A DNA stretch of 64,000 bases from Eledone cirrhosa. Lineage: Eukaryota. The translations under genes were made by a program, and so were the position numbers. The stretch is from positions 121,334,001 through 121,398,000 of the forward strand of contig OZ024740.1 of assembly GCA_964016885.1 (NCBI GenBank), read 5' to 3'. Of this stretch, positions 26,880 through 41,089 are shown piece by piece (position 1 is the stretch's first letter; each line of letters starts with the position of its first letter). The notes beneath the pieces are model-generated. The model was given only the letters and a program-made list of their open reading frames with translations, made no database searches and was not told where the DNA came from.

Positions 26880-27114
26880 TGCATGTATACGTACATACAT
26901 ATATGTATACAGACGTACAGTAGCATGCACATATATATATATATATACATATATACATACATATGCATACAGGTACACATACATATATGCACGTATCAGT
27001 TTAGCGGCGCTTATTATAACGTCGCTTTGTTCGTTTGTAAACAAACTGAACAGCCTGAATTTATGCCATACGGTGTTAAGGCAACCACGTCACCTTTTTG
27101 TTCAACACTGACAC
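26876..27114 (-). repeat. Inverted partial monomer at the 5' end of array B
   Basis: Reverse complement of about 27251-27489. It joins the forward array directly at ...ctgacac/actcaatatgcaaat. Confidence 0.9.
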
Positions 27115-27120
27115 ACTCAA

Positions 27121-27156
27121 TATGCAAATTAGGCTGCTCAGCCGTTAATTTTCATA
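27121..27156 (+). promoter_or_regulatory. Octamer-containing inverted repeat in monomer B (repeats every 472 bp)
   Basis: tATGCAAATta-GGCT-gctc-AGCC-gt-taATTTTCATa, equivalent to 9952-9990 of array A. Confidence 0.5.
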
Positions 27157-27202
27157 AGGAAAGTATATACTTTCGAACGTTCAACTATCTGGCAGATGGG
27201 TA

Positions 27203-27247
27203 AACGGTGCTGATGATAGCTAACAAGCTTGAAACTAGTACATCGTT
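27203..27247 (+). ncRNA. Minimal type I hammerhead ribozyme, array B (first of 12)
   Basis: Stem I AACGGTG/CATCGTT; CTGATGA; stem II t-AGCT-aaca-AGCT-t; GAAA; stem III A-CTAG-T; GTA triplet, with cleavage predicted after 27240. Confidence 0.85.
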
Positions 27248-30200
27248 CCGGTGTCAGTGTTGAACAAAAAGGTGACGTGGTTGCCTTAACACAGTATGGC
27301 ATAAATTCAGGCTGTTCAGTTTGTTTACAAACGAACAAAGCGACGTTATAATAAGCGCCGCTAAACTGATACGTGCATATATGTATGTGTACCTGTATGC
27401 ATATGTATGTATATATGTATATATATATATATATGTGCATGCTACTGTACGTCTGTATACATATATGTATGTACGTATACATGCATACTTACATTTAAGT
27501 AAGTGCCATACTAAGAGTGAGAAATGAAATTTCGTTTTCATTTTGTTTCAATTTATCGTTTTCGGTATGCCTGACCGATTTAACTCACTCAATATGCAAA
27601 TTAGGCTGCTCAGCCGTTAATTTTCATAAGGAAAGTATATACTTTCGAACGTTCAACTATCTGGCAGATGGGTAAACGGTGCTGATGATAGCTAACAAGC
27701 TTGAAACTAGTACATCGTTCCTGTGTCAGTGTTGAACAAAAAGGTGACGTGGTTGCCTTAACACCGTATGGCATAAATTCAGGCTGTTCAGTTTGTTTAC
27801 AAACGAACAAAGCGACGTTATAATAAGCGCCGCTAAACTGATACGTGCATATATGTATGTGTACCTGTATGCATATGTATGTATATATGTATATATATAT
27901 ATATATGTGCATGCTACTGTACGTCTGTATACATATATGTATGTACGTATACATGCATACTTACATTTAAGTAAGTGCCATACTAAGAGTGAGAAATGAA
28001 ATTTCGTTTTCATTTTGTTTCAATTTATCGTTTTCGGTATGCCTGACCGATTTAACTCACTCAATATGCAAATTAGGCTGCTCAGCCGTTAATTTTCATA
28101 AGGAAAGTATATACTTTCGAACGTTCAACTATCTGGCAGATGGGTAAACGGTGCTGATGATAGCTAACAAGCTTGAAACTAGTACATCGTTCCTGTGTCA
28201 GTGTTGAACAAAAAGGTGACGTGGTTGCCTTAACACCGTATGGCATAAATTCAGGCTGTTCAGTTTGTTTACAAACGAACAAAGCGACGTTATAATAAGC
28301 GCCGCTAAACTGATACGTGCATATATGTATGTGTACCTGTATGCATATGTATGTATATATGTATATATATATATATATGTGCATGCTACTGTACGTCTGT
28401 ATACATATATGTATGTACGTATACATGCATACTTACATTTAAGTAAGTGCCATACTAAGAGTGAGAAATGAAATTTCGTTTTCATTTTGTTTCAATTTAT
28501 CGTTTTCGGTATGCCTGACCGATTTAACTCACTCAATATGCAAATTAGGCTGCTCAGCCGTTAATTTTCATAAGGAAAGTATATACTTTCGAACGTTCAA
28601 CTATCTGGCAGATGGGTAAACGGTGCTGATGATAGCTAACAAGCTTGAAACTAGTACATCGTTCCTGTGTCAGTGTTGAACAAAAAGGTGACGTGGTTGC
28701 CTTAACACCGTATGGCATAAATTCAGGCTGTTCAGTTTGTTTACAAACGAACAAAGCGACGTTATAATAAGCGCCGCTAAACTGATACGTGCATATATGT
28801 ATGTGTACCTGTATGCATATGTATGTATATATGTATATATATATATATATGTGCATGCTACTGTACGTCTGTATACATATATGTATGTACGTATACATGC
28901 ATACTTACATTTAAGTAAGTGCCATACTAAGAGTGAGAAATGAAATTTCGTTTTCATTTTGTTTCAATTTATCGTTTTCGGTATGCCTGACCGATTTAAC
29001 TCACTCAATATGCAAATTAGGCTGCTCAGCCGTTAATTTTCATAAGGAAAGTATATACTTTCGAACGTTCAACTATCTGGCAGATGGGTAAACGGTGCTG
29101 ATGATAGCTAACAAGCTTGAAACTAGTACATCGTTCCTGTGTCAGTGTTGAACAAAAAGGTGACGTGGTTGCCTTAACACCGTATGGCATAAATTCAGGC
29201 TGTTCAGTTTGTTTACAAACGAACAAAGCGACGTTATAATAAGCGCCGCTAAACTGATACGTGCATATATGTATGTGTACCTGTATGCATATGTATGTAT
29301 ATATGTATATATATATATATATGTGCATGCTACTGTACGTCTGTATACATATATGTATGTACGTATACATGCATACTTACATTTAAGTAAGTGCCATACT
29401 AAGAGTGAGAAATGAAATTTCGTTTTCATTTTGTTTCAATTTATCGTTTTCGGTATGCCTGACCGATTTAACTCACTCAATATGCAAATTAGGCTGCTCA
29501 GCCGTTAATTTTCATAAGGAAAGTATATACTTTCGAACGTTCAACTATCTGGCAGATGGGTAAACGGTGCTGATGATAGCTAACAAGCTTGAAACTAGTA
29601 CATCGTTCCTGTGTCAGTGTTGAACAAAAAGGTGACGTGGTTGCCTTAACACCGTATGGCATAAATTCAGGCTGTTCAGTTTGTTTACAAACGAACAAAG
29701 CGACGTTATAATAAGCGCCGCTAAACTGATACGTGCATATATGTATGTGTACCTGTATGCATATGTATGTATATATGTATATATATATATATATGTGCAT
29801 GCTACTGTACGTCTGTATACATATATGTATGTACGTATACATGCATACTTACATTTAAGTAAGTGCCATACTAAGAGTGAGAAATGAAATTTCGTTTTCA
29901 TTTTGTTTCAATTTATCGTTTTCGGTATGCCTGACCGATTTAACTCACTCAATATGCAAATTAGGCTGCTCAGCCGTTAATTTTCATAAGGAAAGTATAT
30001 ACTTTCGAACGTTCAACTATCTGGCAGATGGGTAAACGGTGCTGATGATAGCTAACAAGCTTGAAACTAGTACATCGTTCCTGTGTCAGTGTTGAACAAA
30101 AAGGTGACGTGGTTGCCTTAACACCGTATGGCATAAATTCAGGCTGTTCAGTTTGTTTACAAACGAACAAAGCGACGTTATAATAAGCGCCGCTAAACTG

Positions 30201-32740
30201 ATACGTGCATATATGTATGTGTACCTGTATGCATATGTATGTATATATGTATATATATATATATATGTGCATGCTACTGTACGTCTGTATACATATATGT
30301 ATGTACGTATACATGCATACTTACATTTAAGTAAGTGCCATACTAAGAGTGAGAAATGAAATTTCGTTTTCATTTTGTTTCAATTTATCGTTTTCGGTAT
30401 GCCTGACCGATTTAACTCACTCAATATGCAAATTAGGCTGCTCAGCCGTTAATTTTCATAAGGAAAGTATATACTTTCGAACGTTCAACTATCTGGCAGA
30501 TGGGTAAACGGTGCTGATGATAGCTAACAAGCTTGAAACTAGTACATCGTTCCTGTGTCAGTGTTGAACAAAAAGGTGACGTGGTTGCCTTAACACCGTA
30601 TGGCATAAATTCAGGCTGTTCAGTTTGTTTACAAACGAACAAAGCGACGTTATAATAAGCGCCGCTAAACTGATACGTGCATATATGTATGTGTACCTGT
30701 ATGCATATGTATGTATATATGTATATATATATATATATGTGCATGCTACTGTACGTCTGTATACATATATGTATGTACGTATACATGCATACTTACATTT
30801 AAGTAAGTGCCATACTAAGAGTGAGAAATGAAATTTCGTTTTCATTTTGTTTCAATTTATCGTTTTCGGTATGCCTGACCGATTTAACTCACTCAATATG
30901 CAAATTAGGCTGCTCAGCCGTTAATTTTCATAAGGAAAGTATATACTTTCGAACGTTCAACTATCTGGCAGATGGGTAAACGGTGCTGATGATAGCTAAC
31001 AAGCTTGAAACTAGTACATCGTTCCTGTGTCAGTGTTGAACAAAAAGGTGACGTGGTTGCCTTAACACCGTATGGCATAAATTCAGGCTGTTCAGTTTGT
31101 TTACAAACGAACAAAGCGACGTTATAATAAGCGCCGCTAAACTGATACGTGCATATATGTATGTGTACCTGTATGCATATGTATGTATATATGTATATAT
31201 ATATATATATATGCATGCTACTGTACGTCTGTATACATATATGTATGTACGTATACATGCATACTTACATTTAAGTAAGTGCCATACTAAGAGTGAGAAA
31301 TGAAATTTCGTTTTCATTTTGTTTCAATTTATCGTTTTCGGTATGCCTGACCGATTTAACTCACTCAATATGCAAATTAGGCTGCTCAGCCGTTAATTTT
31401 CATAAGGAAAGTATATACTTTCGAACGTTCAACTATCTGGCAGATGGGTAAACGGTGCTGATGATAGCTAACAAGCTTGAAACTAGTACATCGTTCCTGT
31501 GTCAGTGTTGAACAAAAAGGTGACGTGGTTGCCTTAACACCGTATGGCATAAATTCAGGCTGTTCAGTTTGTTTACAAACGAACAAAGCGACGTTATAAT
31601 AAGCGCCGCTAAACTGATACGTGCATATATGTATGTGTACCTGTATGCATATGTATGTATATATGTATATATATATATATATGTGCATGCTACTGTACGT
31701 CTGTATACATATATGTATGTACGTATACATGCATACTTACATTTAAGTAAGTGCCATACTAAGAGTGAGAAATGAAATTTCGTTTTCATTTTGTTTCAAT
31801 TTATCGTTTTCGGTATGCCTGACCGATTTAACTCACTCAATATGCAAATTAGGCTGCTCAGCCGTTAATTTTCATAAGGAAAGTATATACTTTCGAACGT
31901 TCAACTATCTGGCAGATGGGTAAACGGTGCTGATGATAGCTAACAAGCTTGAAACTAGTACATCGTTCCTGTGTCAGTGTTGAACAAAAAGGTGACGTGG
32001 TTGCCTTAACACCGTATGGCATAAATTCAGGCTGTTCAGTTTGTTTACAAACGAACAAAGCGACGTTATAATAAGCGCCGCTAAACTGATACGTGCATAT
32101 ATGTATGTGTACCTGTATGCATATGTATGTATATATGTATATATATATATATATGTGCATGCTACTGTACGTCTGTATACATATATGTATGTACGTATAC
32201 ATGCATACTTACACTTAAGTAAGTGCCATACTAAGAGTGAGAAATGAAATTTCGTTTTCATTTTGTTTCAATTTATCGTTTTCGGTATGCCTGACCGATT
32301 TAACTCACTCAATATGCAAATTAGGCTGCTCAGCCGTTAATTTTCATAAGGAAAGTATATACTTTCGAACGTTCAACTATCTGGCAGATGGGTAAACGGT
32401 GCTGATGATAGCTAACAAGCTTGAAACTAGTACATCGTTCCTGTGTCAGTGTTGAACAAAAAGGTGACGTGGTTGCCTTAACACCGTATGGCATAAATTC
32501 AGGCTGTTCAGTTTGTTTACAAACGAACAAAGCGACGTTATAATAAGCGCCGCTAAACTGATACGTGCATATATGTATGTGTACCTGTATGCATATGTAT
32601 GTATATATGTATATATATATATATATGTGCATGCTACTGTACGTCTGTATACATATATGTATGTACGTATACATGCATACTTACATTTAAGTAAGTGCCA
32701 TACTAAGAGTGAGAAATGAAATTTCGTTTTCATTTTGTTT

Positions 32741-32772
<32 letters not shown>

Positions 32773-35700
32773 GAAATTAGAGTAATCTGATAAGATGAGC
32801 TAATGTACATGCTTTGAAAATATGTCATAGTACAACGAAGCAGATTCGTTGTTATGAGTTCTAATCGGCGCTGTAGTCGGAAAAAAATCACAACTGTTCA
32901 AAGGAAAAGTGCCGATTGGTTGATTAGAACAATGAAACTATATTTCGACAGCGTGAAGTAAAGAAATTATATTGTTTTTGATTCCATTGCCGTTACCATC
33001 TTCCAGCCGAAATTTCTGGCAGGCGTTCCAAGCTCTTTTCGGTGATAGGGGCCGGGATATGAACTCTGAACGTACAGAGACAGAACAGATATCGCAACAC
33101 TTATCGTCCAATATTTTATTACTTCTGCCAATTCCCTGCCCACTGACTAATACTTTATTGATGCAAATTTTCAAACATTAAGATTTAAATTTAGAGCACA
33201 TAGTGCTGGAACGTATCCCGAATGATTTAATCCAATGTTGTAACCATTTGCCAACTCACCGCCTGAAGAAATTATGATACTCAGAAGTAGAATGTTACAT
33301 TGATTATGATTAACACAAACATGTGTTCTGGAAAGGCATATACAATAGAGCCTAATATGGATAGTGAGGTCTAACACGTGAAAGAGAAACTGCAGTATAT
33401 GAACATATGTGTCATTTAATTCGTGTAGAATTCAATAAACCATATTATCTCTACTTGCTACTCTAACAGAAATATCATTTTCGTGGTGCAGAAGAGATAT
33501 TTGTTTGATTGGAAAATATTGGTTTGAGGACTGTGGAAAAATTTTACGCGATGCTGGTTCTTATTTTATCGTTTGTGAGATAGAGGATGGCGATGATGAA
33601 TTGGAGTAATCGGAACCGAACTATTTTAGCACTTATTCTCTATAAATGATACATTTTCCAACCCAATACACATGGGACAACGAGAAAGGATGCAGTTAAA
33701 CAAATTATTTTAAATTCTAACATCTATTCTAGCAAAGATAAATTTGTGCTAGAACCTAAAAAATTGGATTACTCGATTCAAAAATAAGAGTGGGTTACAG
33801 TCGATTCACACATTGTCAGTGGAATTGTTGTTATATCTTTAATCCATATAGAAGATATAGTATGCAAACATAAATCCAATAGGACATAAATCTAGATTAA
33901 TAAAATCTCAATTCGAGTCAGTAGAACAAACAAGCAAGTGTGAATATCTTACCCATACCCTTAAATAATTCAAATATTAGATTCTGTTGACTAGTTGCAA
34001 TGATTCAAACTTAACAGTGATATGTCTCTCATGGGTGGTTGTGATATAATGTACCGAGATATATCTATCCTTAATCATATAATTCTACCTTTATATATAT
34101 TGAATGAAACCAAATTGTCTGACATTCATGTCGAATCAAATTCCCTGGTATTCAAATGAAGTGAGCATGATTCCAACTGAGTTGAAACAATTTCTACAAT
34201 GGACGTTTCCTTTAGTTTTTAAGTGTTCACCATACAAAGATTAAAACTAATATTGACAAAATACGCAATAGATGCATTGAAACGGATTTTATGTTTTTGT
34301 AATGTTAATCTTCGGTTGTTTCCACAGCCATTGTTTTGTCTATTCATATACATTGTTCTGTTTCCAGTGCCATTTTGTACAGGACTGCAAATCAGATAAG
34401 AACTAACCAATGGTATTGGTTTTCAGTAGCTTCTATCCATATACGCTATTATTCCCGGTAAAAATGTCGAATTCTTAATGACTTTTTTTCTCAAGTCATT
34501 TTCACAAGTGAAGTTTATTCTACACACACACACACACACGTACACACACTCGTGTAGAAGAAGTAATTACTTAGCATATATGTATTACTATTTTAAAGGA
34601 TAGTGGATGACATAAACAATAAAACAGTTGGTGGATTTTGGGAATGGTTCGAGCGTTAAACCAAATGATTTGAGTTAGTTTTTGTCTCTTTTTCTTTTGC
34701 TCCCTTCTTGTGTGGTAGTTTTAATACATCACTTGGTTTAAGAACAGCATCTGGTTTTGGGTCACCCTTAGCAGAGTTCAGTCTGTGGCACATATTTTGT
34801 TAATTTGTTAATATGTCTGTTTCTATAAGTAGACTTGGTTGCTTTGAAATAGTACAGCCATTCTCAACCTGTCTACATAATAGAATGGAATTCATCATAT
34901 CTGATTTTCTTTAATGAATTACAGGCTTCTTTTATCAAATGATAATTTTGTTTCTCATAATTTCCTATAATGGTGCAGGCAATTGTTTACGAATAATGGA
35001 TATTTGAAACGAAAAACCAAAAGCATTTGAAAAGTTTGTATTAGAGATTTTGAAATTAAATAGTACGCATAGATGTTGGTCAAAAGAATACCTGTGAACA
35101 AATGATGTATTGTGATTTCTACGATTCATTCTCAAAATGCAAAACCCATCGGTATCGGCTACGAATTTCATCTTTTCAGCCTTGATATTATGAGTATCAA
35201 TCAAGTAAGTGTCAAACATAATAATTCAGCCGTTATAACATCACCGTCAGAGTTTTGAACGGTTTTGCCTTTCGGTCCGTTGATAAAGAAAAATTGATGC
35301 TCATTGCACTACATTTTGCAAGTGATTAACATAAGTGAAAAAAAAGGAAAAAAAAAACAATTGCGGTTTATTTAGACTAATTGTTTTCAAATGTGTAGCT
35401 TAAAGCTATTGCTACAATCAATAACCAGAGAAGAGAATAAATATCTTTAAAAATGTTGTTACCCTTCGAATTTAAATGAATACGCTTCCCCATGATATGA
35501 TAGCATTGGCTGTCGTAACTCCGGCACTGATTAATCAAAGTGCCACTTATAGCTTTTGCTGGATTCAATCAGGCAAACCTTCCCGAACATGTAGCACAGC
35601 AAGAAATAGATAATCACCAACTAGAAAGTGACATCTTATTTCTAGGTAATATCGAATGTATTGTAGAAAAAAAGAGAAAACCAAATGATAATCATATGAA

Positions 35701-36055
35701 GCAATAAAAGAAAACATCAAACGAAAGTTAATATTAAATTTTGGAAATTTGGAAAGCAGCTCTTTTCTTTATATCAGTATTTTTAACAACTTAAAAAGTT
35801 TTAATCAGATTGTGAAACATCAAGATGACATAGTTATTCTTTATCTGAATATTTTACAATGCTTAAAGTGAAGCAAATTAAAGAAAAATAGTTCAAAGAA
35901 ATTTGGATACAATTTTTCAGCAATTCTTAACTTTCCTTTAAGAAATATGAAAAAATGTGTGCAGAGAATGCTAAGATTAACGAAAACACGAATTCTCGCC
36001 TTCTCTGTAAATTATGGAATTTCTTTTGTTTTTCCATTTTCTCTCCTCTTTCATG

Positions 36056-36107
<52 letters not shown>

Positions 36108-36139
36108 ACACACACATGCACTCACACACCACACACTTA

Positions 36140-36171
<32 letters not shown>

Positions 36172-36399
36172 GTTATATTTGGGGAGAGACATATTGTAAT
36201 AATATTGCCAGAAATAATAATAGAACACACTCACTTTTTGGTTTAGATCAGTTTTCGTTTCTGTATATTTTATATGCCTATAATTAATTTAGCTGGTAAA
36301 CAAAATTTATGATTGATTGACCAATGGTTAAAAACATAGATATGAATATATATATATATATATATATTTAAAAGAATAGAGGTGTATCACACGAGTTAT

Positions 36400-37485
36400 G
36401 ATATATTGGTAAAAGAAAAAGAAAATGCTGACAAATTGTTCCCAGTGAAAAATAGTTTAATTAGTAATAAGTATTGGTTAGTATTCAGTTTTGGTTTTAA
36501 GTCTTTACCAGTTGCGCATTTCTAATGCTTTTCAAAAATAATTTTGAGATAGAGCGCCCGTGATATTTGCTCTAATCTGATTAGTTTTGGAAATTCTACC
36601 TGTTTTATGTGAAAAAAGTGGCTCCAGATGTATTAAAATAAGTTTCGCGCCAATTCGTGTTGCAAACATTCTTGTGGTCAAAACAATTTTGATTGGTCGG
36701 TAGAAGTCGTGTGAATGTTAAAAATTGATTTTGTTTATGTTGTGGGTTCGTCTTAGGGAGAAGTGTTTAGACAGGGTCCGTGTTTAGAAGTGTTTATACG
36801 GACCCCGTCTAAACACTTATTCGTAAGACGAACCCACAACATATACACGTTCACATACATACCTACATCAGCATACATCCTACATACATCTCTATCCACA
36901 TATAAACACAATGACATACGTAAACACACATGTTCTATGGTGCAACACAAATATACACAAATTTGCATACCTTTTGATGTCTATAGATATAAACGTGCCG
37001 ACACACACTCATACATATACGCACACATGCATTGCACACTGATGGGCACATACATATTTGTACACAAGTATTCCAATACGGCAGGGCATTATGGATTCCC
37101 CTTGCAGTACGTACAAGCTTGATAGTCACACATACCTTGGTGTTATGACAATACTATATATCATTTCACACCTTTTATTATTAAGGTTTTTGATGTTCTA
37201 TTGAGAGAATCGTTTTTACTGAGAATATCGAATAATGTACACCATTTTTACCAGTATCATAAAAATACTGGTCCCCCCCCCACACACACATACACACATA
37301 TACAAACACACACATATATGCACACACACATACACACGCGTACACTAACACTCAAAGATACATACACACACACATTTCTCCGTATAAGACAAGAGCTGAA
37401 AAATATATTTTAACATGTTAAAATTACCCCCACACACGTACAGATACATTCCTACTGACCGATCCCTCTACCACGAATTACTCTG

Positions 37486-37572
<87 letters not shown>

Positions 37573-38097
37573 TCTCAATAGGCACCTGAACTGTTGACCT
37601 TTCAACATGACTGCAATTCACACACACATCCCTAATGACCATTATCACAACAATGAACCTCTTTACTACTACTACACACACACACACACATATTTATCTT
37701 AAAAGACTTATTTTTCAGTGACTTCTCAATCAGCCGAGACAAACCTAAATTTGGCGCAAAATCAATTTTTAACATTCATATGACCTCTACCGACCAATCA
37801 AAATTGTTTTGACCACAAGAATTTTTGCAACACGAATTGGCGCGAAACTTATTTTAATACATCTGGAGCCACTTATTTCACATAAAACAGGTAGAATTTC
37901 CAAAACTAATCAGATTAGAGCAAACATCACAAGCGCTCTATCTCACAAATATTTTTGAAAAGCATTAGACATGCGCAACCGGTAAAAACTTAAAACCAAA
38001 ACTGAATACTAACCAATACTTATTACTAATTTTTGATTATTCCTAATTAAACTAATTTTCACTGGGAACAATTTGTCAGCGTTTTCTTTTCCTTTTA

Positions 38098-38102
<5 letters not shown>
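36400..38102. mobile_element. Large fold-back insert, probably a PLE 3' end with inverted pLTR
   Basis: 36405-36735 is inverted relative to 37757-38102. A second palindrome is centred near 36790 (36740-36840). (TA)n lies at both ends. No coding remnant recognised. Confidence 0.6.
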
Positions 38103-38137
<35 letters not shown>

Positions 38138-38300
38138 ATATTAAATTTCTTTCATCACAAACATGTGACATCATCATTAACTTTCTTCCTGATGTATTGT
38201 AATGTCTATTGCATTTCTATTTTTATTTATTTATTTATTCTTGTCTCTGTTTTATTCAAACAGAAAACACACACAAATGCATCTGCAAATAGAGACGAGA

Positions 38301-38337
<37 letters not shown>

Positions 38338-38342
38338 GAGAG

Positions 38343-40215
38343 AGAGGTTATCACATACATGAAATTAAATTAAATTAAATCAATGATACATATATGTGTT
38401 GCAACTGTTCACTTTTAAGCTCAATGAAGAGTTAATAAGTTAAAATCAAAAAATCAGAGCATTATATCATAAAACGTGTCTATAGAATCAATCAGATATT
38501 AAAATATATACTATTTCTTCCTCTAATCAGCATAATTAACCATATACATAATCAAATCCAGCAAGCTTTAAGAGTAAATTTTCTAACTGGGAAATCTCCG
38601 ACAAATAATTGATCGCAGCCAGTTCCCGTTAACTCCGTTCCATTATTTATCAAACACTTCGGCAGCATGCAGAATCCGATCAAACATATCGTCAACCACA
38701 CATAATTAGTAGTAAAATTAAACTTAGAAGAAATGCGCACATACCGTAATTATATCTCGACCATGGTTTCTTCCTTGTTTAGGACATCCAAATAATATGG
38801 ACTGTCCCGAGTCAGGATTATCATCAGGAGACAAACTCAGAAAAAGACATTTAATTTCTCGGACAGACCCCGCCAAATTTAGATTCAAAAATGGCTAAGA
38901 TCGCTATGTAGCTGTGTACCAGCCAGAGAGAAAGCGTGTGATTGGTCGCTTACGGCGGGTAGGCATGCTGCTAGAAAGCGCAGCCATATATCGCCAAATT
39001 TAATCTCAACCGATAGGGAGATTATTAAATATAGAGGTTATCATATACATGAAATTAAATTAAATTAAATCAATGATACATATGTGTGTTGCAACTGTTC
39101 ACTGTTAAGCTCAATGGAGAGTTAATAAGTTAAAATCAAAAAATCAGAGCATTATATCATAAAACGTGTCTATAGAATCAATCAGATATTAAAATATATA
39201 CTATTTCTTCCTCTAATCAGCATAATTAACCATATACATAATCAAATCCAGCAAGCTTTAAGAGTAAATTTTCTAACTGGGAAATCTCCGACAAATAATT
39301 GATCGCAGCCAGTTCGCGTTCCATTATTTGATAAATAATGTTTGATAAATAATGGAACGGAGTTAACGCAAACTGGCTGCGATCAATTATTTGTCGGAGA
39401 TTTCCCAGTTAGAAAATTTACTCTTAAAGCTTGCTGGATTTGATTATGTATATGGTTAATTATGCTGATTAGAGGAAGAAATAGTATATATTTTAATATC
39501 TGATTGATTCTATAGACACGTTTTATGATATAATGCTCTGATTTTTTTATTTTAACTTATTAACTCTCCATTGAGCTTAACAGTGAACAGTTGCAACACA
39601 CATATGTATCATTGATTTAATTTAATTTAATTTCATGTATATGATAACCTCTATATTTAATAATCTCCCTATCGGTTGAGATTAAATTTGGCGATATATG
39701 GCTGCGCTTTCTAGCAGCATGCCTACCCGCCGTAAGCGACCAATCACACGCTTTCTCTCTGGCTGGTACACAGCTACATAGCGATCTTAGCCATTCTTGA
39801 ATCTAAATTTGGCGGGGTCTGTCCGAGAAATTAAATGTCTATTTCTGAGTTTGTCTCCTGATGATAATCCTGACTCGGGACAGTCCATATTATTTGGATG
39901 TCCTAAACAAGGAAGAAACCATGGTCGAGATATAATTACGGTATGTGCGCATTTCTTCTAAGTTTAATTTTACTACTAATTATGTGTGGTTGACGATATG
40001 TTTGATCGGATTCTGCATGCTGCCGAAGTGTTTGATAAATAATGGAACGGAGTTAACGGGAACTGGCTGCGATCAATTATTTGTCGGAGATTTCCCAGTT
40101 AGAAAATTTACTCTTAAAGCTTGCTGGATTTGATTATGTATATGGTTAATTATGCTGATTAGAGGAAGAAATAGTATATATTTTAATATCTGATTGATTC
40201 TATAGACACGTTTTA

Positions 40216-40221
<6 letters not shown>
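38343..40221. mobile_element. Non-coding 690-bp HHR unit: ~1.4 tandem copies plus ~1.3 inverted copies
   Basis: 38343 recurs at 39033 (period 690). 39340-40221 is a near-identical inverted copy, with identical 62-aa pseudo-ORFs on opposite strands. Simple repeats flank it. Confidence 0.88.
39852..39932 (+). ncRNA. Type I hammerhead ribozyme (inverted copy at 38753-38833)
   Basis: Stem I TGTCTC/GAGATA; CTGATGA; long interrupted stem II (TCCT/AGGA, GGGACA/TGTCCT, TCCA/TGGA); GAAA-CCATGG-TC, with palindromic ACCATGGT and the canonical GTC triplet. Confidence 0.85.
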
Positions 40222-40259
<38 letters not shown>

Positions 40260-40993
40260 GGGGTAACAAATAATAGTTAAATGCAGTCCACTTAGGTATA
40301 GTCCAGTTATGGTATTCCAGGTAGTGGATGATATCAACGCTTCGCTTGGTTTGACTCAACCAGGCGTTTTCATAGTGATGCTGCGGGTATGCTGTAATTC
40401 CTATGTTGTAAACACTTGGAGTAATAATAAATCAGGAAAGAAGGTTGATATGGTTTGCTATACAAAAAAGGTTTTTAATCTCATAGCTGACAATTGTTTC
40501 TCTGAACTGGTAGGTCTAGAGATCGCTATTCGCTTGTTTTCACGTTACTCGATCGCCAATACAAAATTATAACCAGTCAGTTCTTCGGAACATGCGAGAA
40601 TGAAGAGAATACACAGGCAAGAAAAGAATATACAGGCTACTATATGAAGTAGTAATGGCATTCAGTTAGAACAATAACAACAATTACAACAATGCTATTA
40701 ATAAATTATTTGAGGAGACCCTGACATTGCTTAGGTGGGGGGGTATAGTGTATCTAAGATTTCAGCGTGTAAAACTAGCTGTCATGAGGCAGAAGTAAAA
40801 GTTTGGCATGTACAGAGTATCGAAGTGTATTTCAATTTTAAATTATAAAGATAAGCCAGTATTTACAGTCTTTCTTTTCATCTTCAATAACATAAATGAG
40901 TGGGACAACACGTGTCAAAGCTAAATAGTGGGTGAGTTAATACAGAGGTTAAGGAGGTAATATACGCATATATTTATACACACACACACCCAT

Positions 40994-41089
<96 letters not shown>

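Larger units (their letters stand above)
27113..32744 (+). repeat. Tandem array B: ~11.9 x 472-bp non-coding monomers, each with a hammerhead ribozyme (retrozyme-like)
   Basis: Exact 472-bp period (27138, 27610, ... 32330 in the ORF track). Copies are almost identical. (TA)n flanks the insert on both sides. Confidence 0.97.

Noticed and set aside
27138-32733. Repeated 114/95/68-aa ORFs in array B
   Set aside because: Low-complexity YI/HI translation of TA-rich DNA, not conserved with the homologous array A.
34200-35300. Possible MULE transposase remnant (minus strand)
   Set aside because: Only faint motif resemblance (DTDGF, RQNNGC..NRRL), no continuous frame and no TIRs.
37950-37990. ttgaaaa-GCAT-tagac-ATGC-gcaa-CCGG-TA as an HHR
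   Set aside because: Three core substitutions. Spacing suggests a fossil HHR, but the call cannot be supported.
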